64,000 bases of DNA, from positions 167,447,574 through 167,511,573 of the forward strand of contig NC_085841.1 in NCBI RefSeq assembly GCF_035594765.1. The letters run 5' to 3'. The stretch's first letter is position 1. Every line of letters starts with the position of its first letter. This stretch comes from Anolis carolinensis (lineage: Eukaryota). Below, in pieces: positions 39,463-51,959 of this stretch. The translations under genes were made by a program, and so were the position numbers. Below the pieces are notes generated by a model, which was not told the DNA's origin, searched no databases, and saw only the letters and a program-made list of their open reading frames with translations.

Positions 39463-39665
39463 AGGTCTCTTCCCCACTGCCTATAAAATACAGATTATCT
39501 GATTTTAACTAGATTATATGGCAGTGTAGACTCAAGGCACTTCCACACAGCTATATAACCCATTTATAATATTATATTATCTGCTTTGAACGGGATTATC
39601 TTGACTCCACACTGCCATATAATCCACTTCAGTGTGCATTTTATACAGCTGTGTAGAAGGGGCCA
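39463..39665. mobile_element. Harbinger-type MITE pieces inside the Helitron
   Basis: cttccacacagctata...tatacagctgtgtagaaggggcc; related to the MITE at 33709. Confidence 0.65.
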
Positions 39666-39710
39666 AATATAATCCAGTTCTAAGCAGATAATATAAGATT
39701 GTAAACATAC

Positions 39711-40009
39711 TGATAAGTGAATATGTTGGATAATAAGAAGGGATTCAGGAAAAGCCGATTAAACATCAAATTAGGTAATCATTATACAAATTAAGCACCA
39801 AAACATCATGTTATACAACAAATTTGACAGAAAAAGTAGTTCCATGCGCAGTAATGCTATGTAGTAATTACTGTATTTACAAATTTACCACAAAATATCA
39901 CAATGAATTTAAAACACTGACTACAAAAACATTGACTACTAAAAGGCAGGCTGCGTTGGATAATCCCAAACATTGGATAAGTGAATGTTGGATAAGTGAG
40001 ATTCTACTG
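39711..40009 (-). mobile_element. Tigger MITE, one TIR lost, inside the Helitron
   Basis: Reverse complement of the 10679/30693 elements; ends ggataagtgagattctactg|ta. Confidence 0.85.
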
Positions 40010-40059
40010 TAATATGAAATAATTACTGTGGTAGAATAATAGACAACAATATAATCTCT

Positions 40060-40212
40060 AAAACCAGGACAGTAAATAAAGCGCAACACTCTAAAAGCAG
40101 GGAAATTGGGAATTCCACAAAGGAAACAATCAGGGCCAGCTAACACCTCCCAAGAAAGGATTCTTCCAGAAAGGAAGCTGAGAAGGGAGTGAAGCAGTGT
40201 GTATTACCAAAG

Positions 40213-40256
<44 letters not shown>

Positions 40257-40610
40257 GTGTTGCTGTGAACCATGAAAATGAATACAATCTGGCTCCCAAG
40301 TATTCAAAAACACTAAAATCAGAATATATATAAATTACTGTGCTATAATAAAACAGAACAATACAATCTCTAAAATCAGAACACTAAATAAAGAACAACA
40401 CTCTGAAAACAGGCGAATTCCACACAGGAAACAATCAGGGCCAGCTAACACCTCCCAACAAAGTATTCCCATCACCAAAGTCTGGCAAATCCTCTGTTTT
40501 CTGAGGGCCACAGACAGTAGAAGCACATAAAATATCGCAAGAACACCACTCTCAAAACAAGGGAATTCCAGACAGGAAACAATCAGGGCCAGCTAACACC
40601 TCCCAACAAA
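40060..40610 (+). repeat. Three dispersed internal repeats (ggaaacaatcagggccagctaacacctccca) plus (ATT)n at 40215-40256
   Basis: Units at ~40122, ~40427 and ~40575. Confidence 0.85.
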
Positions 40611-40757
40611 AAATTCACTCAGGGAGGAAAGCTTTAAAGCTGCAAGGCCATTACATGCTAATCATTTCTCCTAATTGCAGCATTCATACTTGCCTCCAAC
40701 AGACAAAAAAAACCCAATCAGAAATATTGTATATTCACAAGCTTTAGGAAATAATAT

Positions 40758-41083
40758 CCCCTGATGGCGCAGCGTGTTAAAGCGCTGAACTGCTGAACTT
40801 ACAGACTGAAAGGTCCCAGGTTCAAATCCCGGGAGCGGAGTGAGCGGCCGCTGTTGCTCCAGCTTCTGCCAACTTAGCAGTTCGAAAACATGCAAATGAG
40901 AGTAGATCAATAGGTACTGCTCCAGCGGGAAGGTAATGGCGCTCCATGCAGTCATGCCACATGACCTTGGAGGAGTCTACAGACAATGGCAGCTCTTCGG
41001 CTTAGAAATGGAGATGGGCACCAGCTCCCAGAGTCAGACATGACTGGACTTAATGTCAGGGGAAAACCTTTACCCTTTACCTT
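40758..41083 (+). mobile_element. Sauria SINE inside the Helitron
   Basis: Full head-to-tail match to the other copies. Confidence 0.93.
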
Positions 41084-41440
41084 AACTACCACCAATTCCT
41101 CAATACTTTATTTCCCATGCCACCATACTTCGCCACAGCAACATGTGGCCGGGCACAGCTAGTACATTATAAGATTTGATAATATATCTGAATTCATAAT
41201 TAGTTACAACTAATGAAACAAGCAAACCAAAAAAATCACCTGAATATATCACATTTTACCCCTGTTTGTAGTAACTAGATTGGTACCCACCTACCACCTT
41301 ATATTTTGGATTGAATAACAATTCTCAATTTTTTGTTTGTATTGATGAGATGAATATAACTTTGTTTTGAATAGCAATAAACAAGTTAAGACCTCAGAGC
41401 AGATAAAAACAAGGAAGGTCTTGTTAAAATCCTTGTCTGA

Positions 41441-41530
41441 AGTTTCCATGGCTGAGAAGGGATTTGAGCCCTGGTATCCAGAGTTGAATTAATTGAACAT
41501 TCAAACCACTACTACACCGTGCTGGCTGTC
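41441..41530 (-). mobile_element. tRNA-CORE SINE head fragment
   Basis: Matches the head of the SINE at 54515-54716. Confidence 0.6.
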
Positions 41531-41857
41531 CGACATTAGGTTAAACAAGTGAGATAGGAAATATGGGTGATGGGACAGTGACTTTTTCTTTTCTTTCCCC
41601 CTTTCTTTCTCTTCTCCCCCCTTTCTCTCCTTGTTTCTCTCTCTCGTTCTTTCTTCTCTTTGATAAAGAAGCCTCTTCAGTTAGTGTTCCTTGAGCAATT
41701 ACAGTTCTTCTAAATATAAGTACTATCAACATAACAGCTTTATGGTCAAAACCCACAGGGTTGTTGTGTTACTCTGTTGCTGCAAAGATATCAAAAATTG
41801 CCTCAACACCTTAATAACAGTTTGGCATGCTTTTATATAGTTCTTCTTTTAAATTAA

Positions 41858-41869
41858 TTATATATATAT

Positions 41870-41908
<39 letters not shown>
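41858..41908 (+). repeat. (TA)n(CA)n microsatellite
   Basis: Direct reading. Confidence 0.9.
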
Positions 41909-41909
<1 letters not shown>

Positions 41910-42340
41910 TTTGATTTTGTTTTTCTAATTGCAAAGTTTTGTCCATTTGAGCTTAATACACAAGACTCAATATTCTTGGATTGCAGCTCACATCATTGCC
42001 AGCTGTTTTAACCCATGTAACATGTTGTGGGAATTTTAGTTCATAGATATTTAGAAAAGCATGGTGTCAAAGGTTTGCTGAGGTTGACATGTTGTGTTTA
42101 TAAAAAATGTGCCTTAATCCAAATAAACAAGTCAAAATAAACCCCCATTTTAAAAATGCCATATGACACTTAAGGCCAGATGAAGTATTAAATCACATTA
42201 TCTTAATTTGTGTCAAGACAAATTTTTGAAGAACATATATTTCAAAGTATTGGTAAAATCTTATTCTTTTCTAGGACATATTTTGGTTGAAATATATTTA
42301 CCATTTTAATGACAATGGTAAATAAGTTGTTAGTTTTAAA

Positions 42341-42448
42341 CCTGGGTTGCTGTCAGTTTTCGGGGCTGTATGGCCATGTTCCAGAAGCATACAGCCCGGA
42401 AAACTCACAACAATCTAGTGACTCCGGCCAAGAAATCTTTGACAACAC
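42341..42448. mobile_element. Penelope-like element remnant (inverted pLTR junction)
   Basis: gggttgctgtcagttttcggggctgtatg...catacagcccggaaaactcacaacaatc inverted pair followed by ccggccaagaaatctttgacaacac. Confidence 0.7.
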
Positions 42449-42563
42449 AGTTTCAAACCTATTTCTATACTTATGGAATGTAGTTATGCAATGTGTTGGT
42501 TTTGTTTATATGCTTGGGTTGAGGGGATTTTGCTGTGTTTTTGTATCATGTAGTTTGCTTTTT

Positions 42564-42619
42564 GGAGTCCCCGGTGGTGCAGCGGATTAAACCACTGAGC
42601 TGCTGAACTTGCTGACAAC
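42564..42619 (+). mobile_element. Tailless 5' fragment of a Sauria SINE
   Basis: SINE head only, flanked by a perfect 13-bp direct repeat TAGTTTGCTTTTT. Confidence 0.85.
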
Positions 42620-42632
42620 TAGTTTGCTTTTT

Positions 42633-42732
42633 ACTATTTGTTTGCTGCTTTGAATCCCACCTGTGGGAGAAAAGTGGGATAATAATAATAATAATAATAA
42701 TAATGATAATAATAATAATGATGATGATGATG
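42633..42732 (+). mobile_element. L2-type 3' end with (AAT/GAT)n tail
   Basis: gctgctttgaatccc...gggagaaaagtgggataataat. Confidence 0.55.
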
Positions 42733-43537
42733 TAAAATTTATCAGAAAAATGAACTGAAACACTGCTTGTTACTCACCATTCTCAAGAAGAATGTTTTAA
42801 ACAAATTGAGTAATGGAATTACATTGCATTAAATGGGATAGTGGCCTTACAACTATCTTTCTATTATGTATTTTGATGGGTGAAAATTGCATTTGATACA
42901 CAAACAATGATACAATCAATGAATACATTCAAGCATGGATAATCTAAGGAACTATGATTGCTAGTTGGAATAAAAAAATAGTTGAATAAATACTGAATTG
43001 AGTAGTCACATCATCATAAACTGGAATGAAAAGCAAGACATTATTCATACTTTTTATTTAAAGGCTATGCTTTCAAATACTATAAAATGACAGTTTTTTT
43101 TATTTTTTGGCCAACATTTACTTGTCATCACCACAAACACCAAGTAGTTTGTTTCAGAAGCAATTAAATGTGAGATTGACTTTTGAGCTGTCGTGTCCTC
43201 TCTCAGGGTGTTGTGAAAGGGTGAAGGGGAGACCTTCCCAGGTGTGTTTCCATTAATAGCTCAGGAAGTCAGCATTTGTCAAAAAGATTGGGTTTTCACT
43301 GAACACCTGGGCTCCCTTGAGGAATGAAGAATAATAAGGAATAATAGCAGCTTTGTTCAGAATTCAATGTTGTCTAAGTGGATAGAGAGAAGATCGAGAG
43401 GTCTGAGATTGAGTTGATCAGTTTAATATAATGTGTTAATTTTTTATGGCCCACATTTTCTGGCACTAGTTTCTTCTATGTTAGTTGAGCCATTGTCCAA
43501 GATTTAATCCAACTATTATAGGATTTAATCCAAGGTG

Positions 43538-44336
43538 TTCAACAAGGTGAAGTTCAACAGGGACAAATGCAAGATACTTCACTTCGGCAGAAAAAATGGA
43601 AATCAAAGATACAGAATGGGGGACGCCTGGCTTGACAGCAGTGTGTGCGAAAAAGATCTTGGAGTCCTCGTGGACAACAAGTTAAACATGAGCCTACAAT
43701 GTGATGCGGCAGCTAAAAAAGCCAATGGGATTTTGGCCTGCATCAATAGGGGAATAACGTCTAGATCCAGGGAAGTCATGCTCCCCCTCTATTCTGCCTT
43801 GGTCAGACCACACCTGGAATACTGTGTCCAGTTTTGGGCACCGCAGATGAAGGGAGATGCTGACAAGCTGGAAAGCGTCCAGAGGAGGGCAACTAAAATG
43901 ATTAAGGGTCTGGAGAACAAGCCCTATGAGGAGAGGCTTAAAGAGCTGGGCATGTTTAGCCTGCAGAAGAGAAGGCTGAGAGGAGACATGATAGCCATGT
44001 ACAAATATGTGAGGGGAAGTCATAGGGAGGAGGGAGCAAGCTTATTTTCTGCTGCCCTGCAGACTAGGACACGGAACAATGGCTTCAAACTACAGGAAAG
44101 GAGATTCCACCTGAACATCAGGAAGAACTTCCTCACTGTGAGGGCTGTTCGGCAGTGGAACTCTCTCCCCCGGACTGTGGTGGAGGCTCCTTCTTTGGAG
44201 GCTTTTAAGCAGAGGCTGGATGGCCATCTGTCGGGGGTGCTTTGAATGCGATTTCCTGCTTCTTAGCGGGGGGTTGGACTAGATGGCCCTTGAGGTCTCT
44301 TCCAACTCTACTATTCTATGATTCTATGATTCTATG
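43538..44336 (+). mobile_element. CR1 LINE, 5'-truncated, young
   Basis: Uninterrupted ORF2 C-terminus ([31 protein letters not shown]) to 44245; (ATTCTATG)n tail; TSD AAGGTG. Confidence 0.96.
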
Positions 44337-45654
44337 AAGGTGGTTACCATAACCTGGAAAATCTGTTGCCAAGAAACAGGGAGTACCATCTGCTCATTAA
44401 AATGTAAGCCAGAATCTATTACTCCTAGGTACCAAGGAGCCAAAGGTTTCATGGTTTTGCACTTCTCTTTGCTACTTTTGTATCTCTTTGGCAGTAGTAG
44501 TTCCTAAAAGAACATTGGGATTTTTGGATTTTGCTGAGCCCAGAAATATTGATTCCTGAACAAGGCAAGGCATATGGTCTTGCAATGAAGAAAGGAGGCC
44601 TGTAGTTTTTTTGCCTTAAACACCAGAGTCAAAGAGGGCATGTTGACACGTGCAACATATTATGTAAGAGTGGGGCATGTGTATTTTCCAGAATACAACC
44701 TCTCTGATAAAAGGTACGGGAGCCTTTTTTCCTTTGCATCTGGACACCATCTGGTTCAAAATTCACATTCCTTGCAAGTTTCCAAAAAGGTAAAGAGAAA
44801 GAGCATTGAAATGTATTGCAGCTATTTAAAGTCATTAATCTATCGCTCTGAGCTCATGCTCTTACATTACAACAATTTCTTTTAAGCTGTAAGTCGCATA
44901 GATTTTTATCTAGAGTTATATACATCTTCAGTTTTTAAATTACAGAGGAAAAGGCAGTTTATTAATCTTACCTTCCTGATACTTGTATGAATAAAATCCA
45001 GATAAGTAATTTAGTGGTCATCAGGAAATAGCAAAATCCCCAAATGCTTGATACAAACATATTGCATGCACCATGCAATTATTATCATTTTTTTAAACGT
45101 GCTAAATAGGTAAAATGTATGGTTGGTTTCACATTCCAAGGTCCTCTTTAAATGATAAAGATGAAAACAGAAGAATCTGCCATTAAAATGAGCTAATCTT
45201 CAAGGATTGTTTTCAGTTTCAGGGAAAAAAAAACTTGACCCTACATGTATAATTGAAAGCATAGATAGATCCTGCTTTATTAAATGCTTTGTTCATTTTG
45301 CATTTTCTGCCATTTCAGACTCTGTTTTGCTTTTGGCAGGATCAGTATTTCAGTTGGATTCCCCCCCCCCCCCCCATTATTTTCACAAATCGTCTTTATG
45401 ACTTTTAGAAGGCCATTTTACAGATGAAGATAGGGATGCTCTTGGACAAGGCTGAATGGATTGGGTAAGGATGACAAAGCCTGATGTTCTGTGACACACC
45501 CAGGAGTCGACAATGATCAGAAAGAAGGTAGAACCCAGAGGGTAGAAAGAGACATATCTGCTACACAAATAAACCAGCCATCTTTCCATCATTCAAAGTG
45601 CTGGAATGAACAGGTTAAGAAATTGTAAAAACAACTATTCAAGTTTATGTTAGA

Positions 45655-46270
45655 TTTTAAATAGTTTCTATTAAGATATTTTCATTAAGATACAATTAAA
45701 AAAAGGAGAAAAATAGAGAAACTGGGAGACCGGGTTGGGTTGGGGTAAAGTAAGGTTGGGTTTAGGATTAAGGGATGTGGGGAAGAAGAGGGGAAATGAA
45801 AGCAAACAAGGGTAGGGGAATTGGTAACTTTCAATCATCTTCCTTGTGGATTTAAGTCTATAGTTCTTCTGTGTTTCTTGGTTTTGCTATTTAATTCAGG
45901 TTTATGTTATTTTAGATATTCAGCCTGTATGAACACACTGTATTCCAGGCCATTTCATTTTGTTCATTCAGATCTTGATCTAGGAGTGCTTTAGAACATT
46001 TTGCCTTCTTCAAAATGTTCTGTCAGTCAGTGTTTGCCTCTGTTCTTGGTTTTTTTCATTCATTAATAAAATATTCTTATTCTGTGAGGTCCGTCTTTTC
46101 TTTCATGGACTTCTCATTCTTTATATTTTTATAACACTTCATTTTCTAATGTGGCTGCATAACCAGTGTTTTCTAATATAAAGAATTCAACCATTTTGTT
46201 ACTCATTGCAGCTAAAATACAGTCAAAATGAAGAATTTTAAACTAAGAAATTCTAGACTTAAATGTAATG
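45655..46270 (-). mobile_element. Possible old L1-like 3' fragment
   Basis: Base composition and 3'UTR-like layout only. Confidence 0.25.
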
Positions 46271-48039
46271 TTCTTCAAAATGTCTCACTGAATCTTGTGG
46301 GAAGGATTGTTTCATTACTGGGTGCCACCATCCAAAAACCTCTCTTCGTAGTTGTCATCCAGCCCTTTTTGAGTGTAGTCTCTCAATGCTGCTGAAGATC
46401 ATAACATTTTGGGTAGGCTAATTTAAAGCCATTTAGTGCTACAGATATTAGAGCCAACACTTCAAATTAGTCATACGAAAAAGCAGGGGTATTAGTTTGA
46501 ATTGTTGGTATCAACATTTACTGTAACCTGGGTTTAGAGGTGAACAATGAAAGTGCAAAAAAGTTAGGGTTGTCATAATCAGAAATGACTTAAAAACACT
46601 CAACAATAAAGAAGTCACATTCCATATATAATGTAAGAAGTGAAATTGAAATGCAAAGAGTGGCCATTCCATTTTCAAGGGAAGTATAGAGACATTTTGA
46701 TGGGACTTTTAAAAGTTTTTTGCCACTCTTATGAAATCTAAAGGTTTCCCCTGTGAAATTAATAAAAAGTAATGAACAACATGGGTAGCTCAATAATTAC
46801 CTTTAACTGATAAATTAACAGCGATGAATTACTCTCATATGTATAAAGGGAACAAATTACTTTGTATGAGTAATTGTCTAGGTTCTATCAGAAAGCCCAA
46901 CTCCCACTTGCCAAGTTCTTCAGTTTCTCATCCTTGATTGGGGGAAAGAGTAACTCCTCATCCAGATTTTTATTTGTGTTCAGAAGAATGCATACACATC
47001 TCCACACTAATTTATCATTCAGCATGGGGTTGGAGGGGGTGGATAAAATTATTGCAGCCTCAATATTTCCTGTGTATATTATTGGCTAACGTGCCTCTTT
47101 GAAAGATTATGCATGGCCATCAAACTCTGGTGTGCTGATTGTAATCATTATGTGGAAATGAGCGAAAATGAAAATAATGTTTGTTTTTATTGTTCAATTT
47201 ACTTTTTTGATTGCTAGTTTTTCTCCATCTTTTTGTCTTGGTGGTGTTTGTGTGTTCTTTGTTTTTGTTTTTGGTGGACTTGTTTTTTAATGAACTGTTA
47301 TCTCCGTATCCATTCTTACATTCTTGAGCTCTTTATATTGGAGAGGAACCAATTTTGTTTCCTAAATCCATCTACTTCACAGTTAAGTTCAAGATTTTCC
47401 CAGAATTCACAAATGAGACACATAATGACTAATTAACCAAATAATCACAGAGATTTCCTGATTATTTACGATCAGTCATATTAATGGTGAGCATTTGAGA
47501 AGAAATCTGCCTCGGGAGAAATGTGCCTTGGGCCTGTTATTTCTGACTATTTTCTGAATGCTTGCATTACCTAACTTTTGGGAAATGTTTGATCCTATTA
47601 GATGCTATAGCTCCCACTCTCTGATGCTTGATTGATGATAGTATTGCTGTCTAACACTTGTAAGCCAGGTTGTTCTGATCCAGCAATATGTTGCTTTGCT
47701 TGTAAAGTATACCAGGCATTCATTTTATTTTCTTGTGAATGCCTTTCATGTTCTTTTGGGACAATCCAAGCACATTACATTTGGATTGCCTTTCAGAGCT
47801 GCTAAATTGTCCAACTGACTTTCCAGAGCTTTCTCTCATTCTCAAAGAATGCACAGGATGTGAAATCAACAAGCTTTTGAGAACGCCTAGTTATTCTACA
47901 CAATTGTTACACAGCCTTACACTACATCCCATGCCCTTGTCCCATGGTTGCACCTTTACACTTATCCCATTCCCCTGCTCATTGTTTACAGCCTGGTCAT
48001 GTTTACAGTAGCTTACCACCAGATTGAGCACCATTTTAA

Positions 48040-48195
48040 TTGAGTTTTAACTGCTGTTTTATATGCCTATTTGTTTTATTTAATTGCATTTTATATTGTG
48101 TTTTATTTTGTGCTCTGTTTTTAGGCACTTTTGTGTCATGTGTAAGCCGCCCCGAGTGCCTTTGGAGACATGGTGGTGGGATATAAGAATAAAGC

Positions 48196-48234
<39 letters not shown>
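48040..48234 (+). mobile_element. L2 3' end with (AAT)n tail
   Basis: tgtaagccgccccgagt...gggatataagaataaag(aat)n. Confidence 0.75.
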
Positions 48235-48796
48235 TTATTAAATGACCATATAATTCATTTTTAAATGAGCAATTAGAATATTGGTTGGATAGTGTGGTTT
48301 CTTGCAGATATATGTCTAGTTGTGTCTCCTTTTGAGAATGCAGTCAAGACATTTTTCTAAATCACAGTCAATGTCACAGTCACCAGATGTTGCCAGAAGA
48401 GGTCTATATGCACCTTTCTTGAATAGTCAGTCTCTGCTTGTGTGAGAACCAAAATAAAGTGAATGTTCGATATCTCATTGTGAGGCCCTTAAGCTACCTG
48501 ATCCATAGGAAACTAGTAAGATAAATCAAAAGCATTATTGTTTCAAACACTGGGTCTTTTCTAAAGAAAAATGAATTAGACCTGGATATGAATGACAAAA
48601 GGGGATATGAGCAAAGTTGGGGTTATAAAGGACTTATCTATGAAATATTTCACCCATAGCTGTAAGGTGTTTTTTAAAGAAAAAAAAATAAGCTGAATAG
48701 ATTAGGTGTGAAGAAATTGCAGGAAAACTCATAATTGCAGAAAGAAGTTGGACAGAGTGCAGTGGTTTTTAAATTAAGTTATTTGTATGCTTTTTA

Positions 48797-49130
48797 AGGG
48801 TAAAGGTAAAGGTTTTCCCCCGACATTGAGTCCAGTCATGTTCCCTGACATTGAGTCCGACTCCGGGGGTTGGTGCTCATCTCCATTTCTAAGCTGAAGA
48901 GCTGGCATTGTTTGTAGACACCTCCAAGGTCATGTGGCTGGTATGACTGCATGGAGCGCCGTTAACTTCCAGCCAGAGTGGTACCTATTGATCTATTCAC
49001 ATTTGTACGTTTTCGAACTGCTAGGTTGGTAGAAGTTGGGGCCAACAGCAGGAGCTCACCCGGCTCCCCGGATTTGAACCACCATCCTTTCGGTCAGCAA
49101 GTTTAGCCACTCAGCAGTTTAACCCACTGC
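48797..49130 (-). mobile_element. Sauria SINE with a short internal duplication
   Basis: TSD GCTTTTTA; duplicated ccc(c/t)gacattgagtcc near the tail. Confidence 0.93.
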
Positions 49131-50631
49131 GCTTTTTACTTTATAAAAATTGTTAGGCTCTTGATAGGTAATTCAGACTGCAGTCTGGAGACTAGCTTCA
49201 TTGAACTGGCTTATATTTTCCACGAGTATGCATTACTTATCTTTGGAAGAATAGAATGTATGCGCTTTTTGTGATCAAGCTGGAGAAGCAGAAAGAATAC
49301 TGGAATGTAGCAAAATACGGGAATAGTTACATATATTTATTTATCCCTTCCCTGTTTGATATCTCATATTCTGGGAGGAGGGCTGGGAGACTTTTCAGAT
49401 CTTTCAGCTATAATGGCTCCTTTTCACTGTCTTTTTTTGGAACACAGGACTACTTTTTCAGGTATCAGATATCTTTTCTTCTCATTTTTCCAGCTATACA
49501 TACGAGGGACAATTTTAAAAATGTCCCTTGTACTTTTGAGTGATCAGATTTCTGTTCTAGAATGCCCCTGTTGAGTTTTTTACTGAGGGATCTCTTCTCT
49601 TAACAAGGTGTTTTCTGAAAGATGTCAAACAGTTGAAATCCCAATTCCACCTAATTGGTTTAGCTTAGAAATTCAATCCGACCCCAAACAAGGGACACAC
49701 TCCTTATGAATAACTGGTCTTTGTTACATTACGACAGTTGATCTGGACTGCAAGTACCAAACTCAAAGAAAAGGAGTAATTGCTGCTTTTCCTTAAACAT
49801 TTGGCTCATCGAAGTGACCCTATCAACTGTCGATTCCGAGGGCAAATTCCAGTTTATGTACTAAGGAAGAAAGATTTCTCCTTTTCTTTCCCAAGTTGAA
49901 ATCATGTGACAAGGAAATGAACCTGCACTAAGTTGTCACTCTTCAGGGTCTTCCATCTCATTATTGTTGCTTACCAAGTGGAGGCATGACGTGATCTTTG
50001 ACATAATTTTAAGCAGGATTAAAAAAATCTTTCAGGAAAACATGTGAATTTCAGAAGTGAGAGTAAGAAATTTCTTATTTAGACTGTATCCAGATGTTTT
50101 TAGAAATGTATATTTGTGAAACTACCCTTGAACTAATTGAAAAGTAGAAGAGCAGTGCAGTTTTATGATGGAGAGCTTGTATATTGAATTATGAAAGGTT
50201 TCCTCCACCTCCGCTTGAATTAGGATGCCTTTTATGTGATTTTATAATGAATTATTGGGAAAAGATAGCTGAAGAATAAGCATATGTTGTTATAAAACTG
50301 TAAATATTTGCTATACTTTTTGTATCTCTGTTAGCTTACATCTTTGCCTATTAATTATCCTCCTTTATTATTAAGTTTACCAGTCAATGTATTCGAGATA
50401 ATAATTTTAGTGTTAATACAATGTATATTACTCAAATGTTTTTCAGAAGTCTTTTTATAGTGAGCTGAAGCAGTTATACAAAAATTCTATACATTTTCAT
50501 ATTATTTACTCTCTTCATTTTTTATTCATTGTCCAATTCTTCTAGATTGCTTCAGAAATTAAAAGATTGAAGCAACAACCAGACATTATATCCACAAGTA
50601 CACTGAAAATTGTAGAGGTTGATATTGTTAT

Positions 50632-50954
50632 CATAGGCGGTTCAACCACCAGGCCAACTAGGCAGTTGCCTGTGGCGCCATCTTGTTGGGGGCGCCATCG
50701 AGGCAACTCCTGTCTCCTGCGGTCTGCCTCCGCAAGGTATTGAATTGCTTTTTCTGTTGATTTGTTGTAAAACATGATGTTTTAGTGCTTAATTTGTAAA
50801 ATCTTAATGTAATTTGATGTTTCATAGGCTTTTCCTTAACCCCTCCTTATTATCAAACATTTTTGCTTATCCATTTTATTTTTCAGTGATTGGTTGGGGG
50901 GGGGGGGCAAAATTCTGTTCGCCTAAACTTGAAAAATACCTAGGGCCGGCTCTG
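50632..50954. mobile_element. hAT (Tip100-like) non-autonomous element carrying a Tigger-MITE segment
   Basis: Termini cataggcggtt...gggccggctctg; perfect 8-bp TSD ATTGTTAT; 50737-50872 matches the Tigger MITE interior. Confidence 0.85.
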
Positions 50955-51832
50955 ATTGTTATTGAGCAATTTAAAACCGCAGTGGATAGTGAGATCCAGG
51001 CCACTGTGGGTTAAGCCTGGTGAGAACAAGAAGCCAATATTCTAGAATAAATCTCACCCAAGTTGAAGCTGAAGCTACCAAGGTATTTCTTTAATTTCAG
51101 CTGAAAGTGATGCCAGCCTGAGGTAATCCCCCCAAAATAAGCTACATGACACAATAAAACATGCATTTTTATACATTTCAAAGTTTCCACCACCTCCAGC
51201 TGGACTTGGCTTTGCCATGATGTGTTGAGCCAGCATGATGTCAACAGAGGCGGGAGTTAAGTGTGCCTTAGCCAATGAGAGAGCACTGGCTGCCTCTGAT
51301 GCAGATTTCTCTGGGGGTAGGAAACAGTTAGCAGAGTTGTTAATTCTTGGCTCAGGCTGGGCAAAGGCCACATACCTTTTGTGACATGAATTCCCGTATG
51401 TTTATTACCTATCCACTTTTTGCTACAAATATATTAAATATAAAATATTAAAGGTACACAGATTTAACATAGGAAGGGGTCCTTGATGTTGTTCTTTGGC
51501 AAGTTGGCCAAGACCTATTCCATCCTGGCGTCCTTGGCAAAACTGTAAGTTCCCTGAGCTTAAACTATCTTTTGTTTGGGAGGGGTGTCACGATTGACTA
51601 CAATATGATTAGTCCTATTAGACAATTTAGTAACTTTTTTTTTCATTTCAGTAAAGGATCGATCTCAAAATAATTAATTATTAAAAAAGTTAAAATTTGA
51701 GTACATCTAATAGAATACAGCACAATTTTAAATAGTGCAAAACAATAATTTTCTTTCTTTTTAAAACTAACAGCTAGTAATTGTTGCTACAAAAGTTGAA
51801 AAAAACATAAACAAGTTCTATTAAAATTTATT

Positions 51833-51959
51833 GAACTGGTAGGTTTGCAGAAGCTAGGGCTAACAGTGGAGCTCACCCCACCACCCGGATTCGAACTGCC
51901 AAGCTCTCAGTCAGCAAGTTCAGCACCTCAGTGCTTTAACCCGCTCCGACACCGGGGCC
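51833..51959 (-). mobile_element. Sauria SINE 5' fragment
   Basis: Head region match. Confidence 0.8.

Larger units (their letters stand above)
39248..41162 (+). mobile_element. Non-autonomous Helitron with captured TE cargo
   Basis: 3' end GCCACAgcaacaTGTGGC hairpin followed by gggcacagCTAG|T; candidate A|TC 5' end at 39248 (alternative 39181); no TSD. Confidence 0.85.

Noticed and set aside
40060-40610. CRISPR-like spaced repeats
   Set aside because: Irregular spacing, related spacers, eukaryotic context and no cas genes; these are internal Helitron duplications.
40758-40835. tRNA gene
   Set aside because: A/B-box-like head of a Sauria SINE with no convincing cloverleaf; the same applies to the other copies.
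43535-44245. Intact 236-aa ORF as a functional gene
   Set aside because: It is the C-terminal part of CR1 ORF2 in a 5'-truncated insertion; the start is a GTG in flanking DNA.
49816-49835. 18S rRNA-like ccctatcaactgtcgat
   Set aside because: Only ~17 bp of similarity and the flanks do not extend; chance match.
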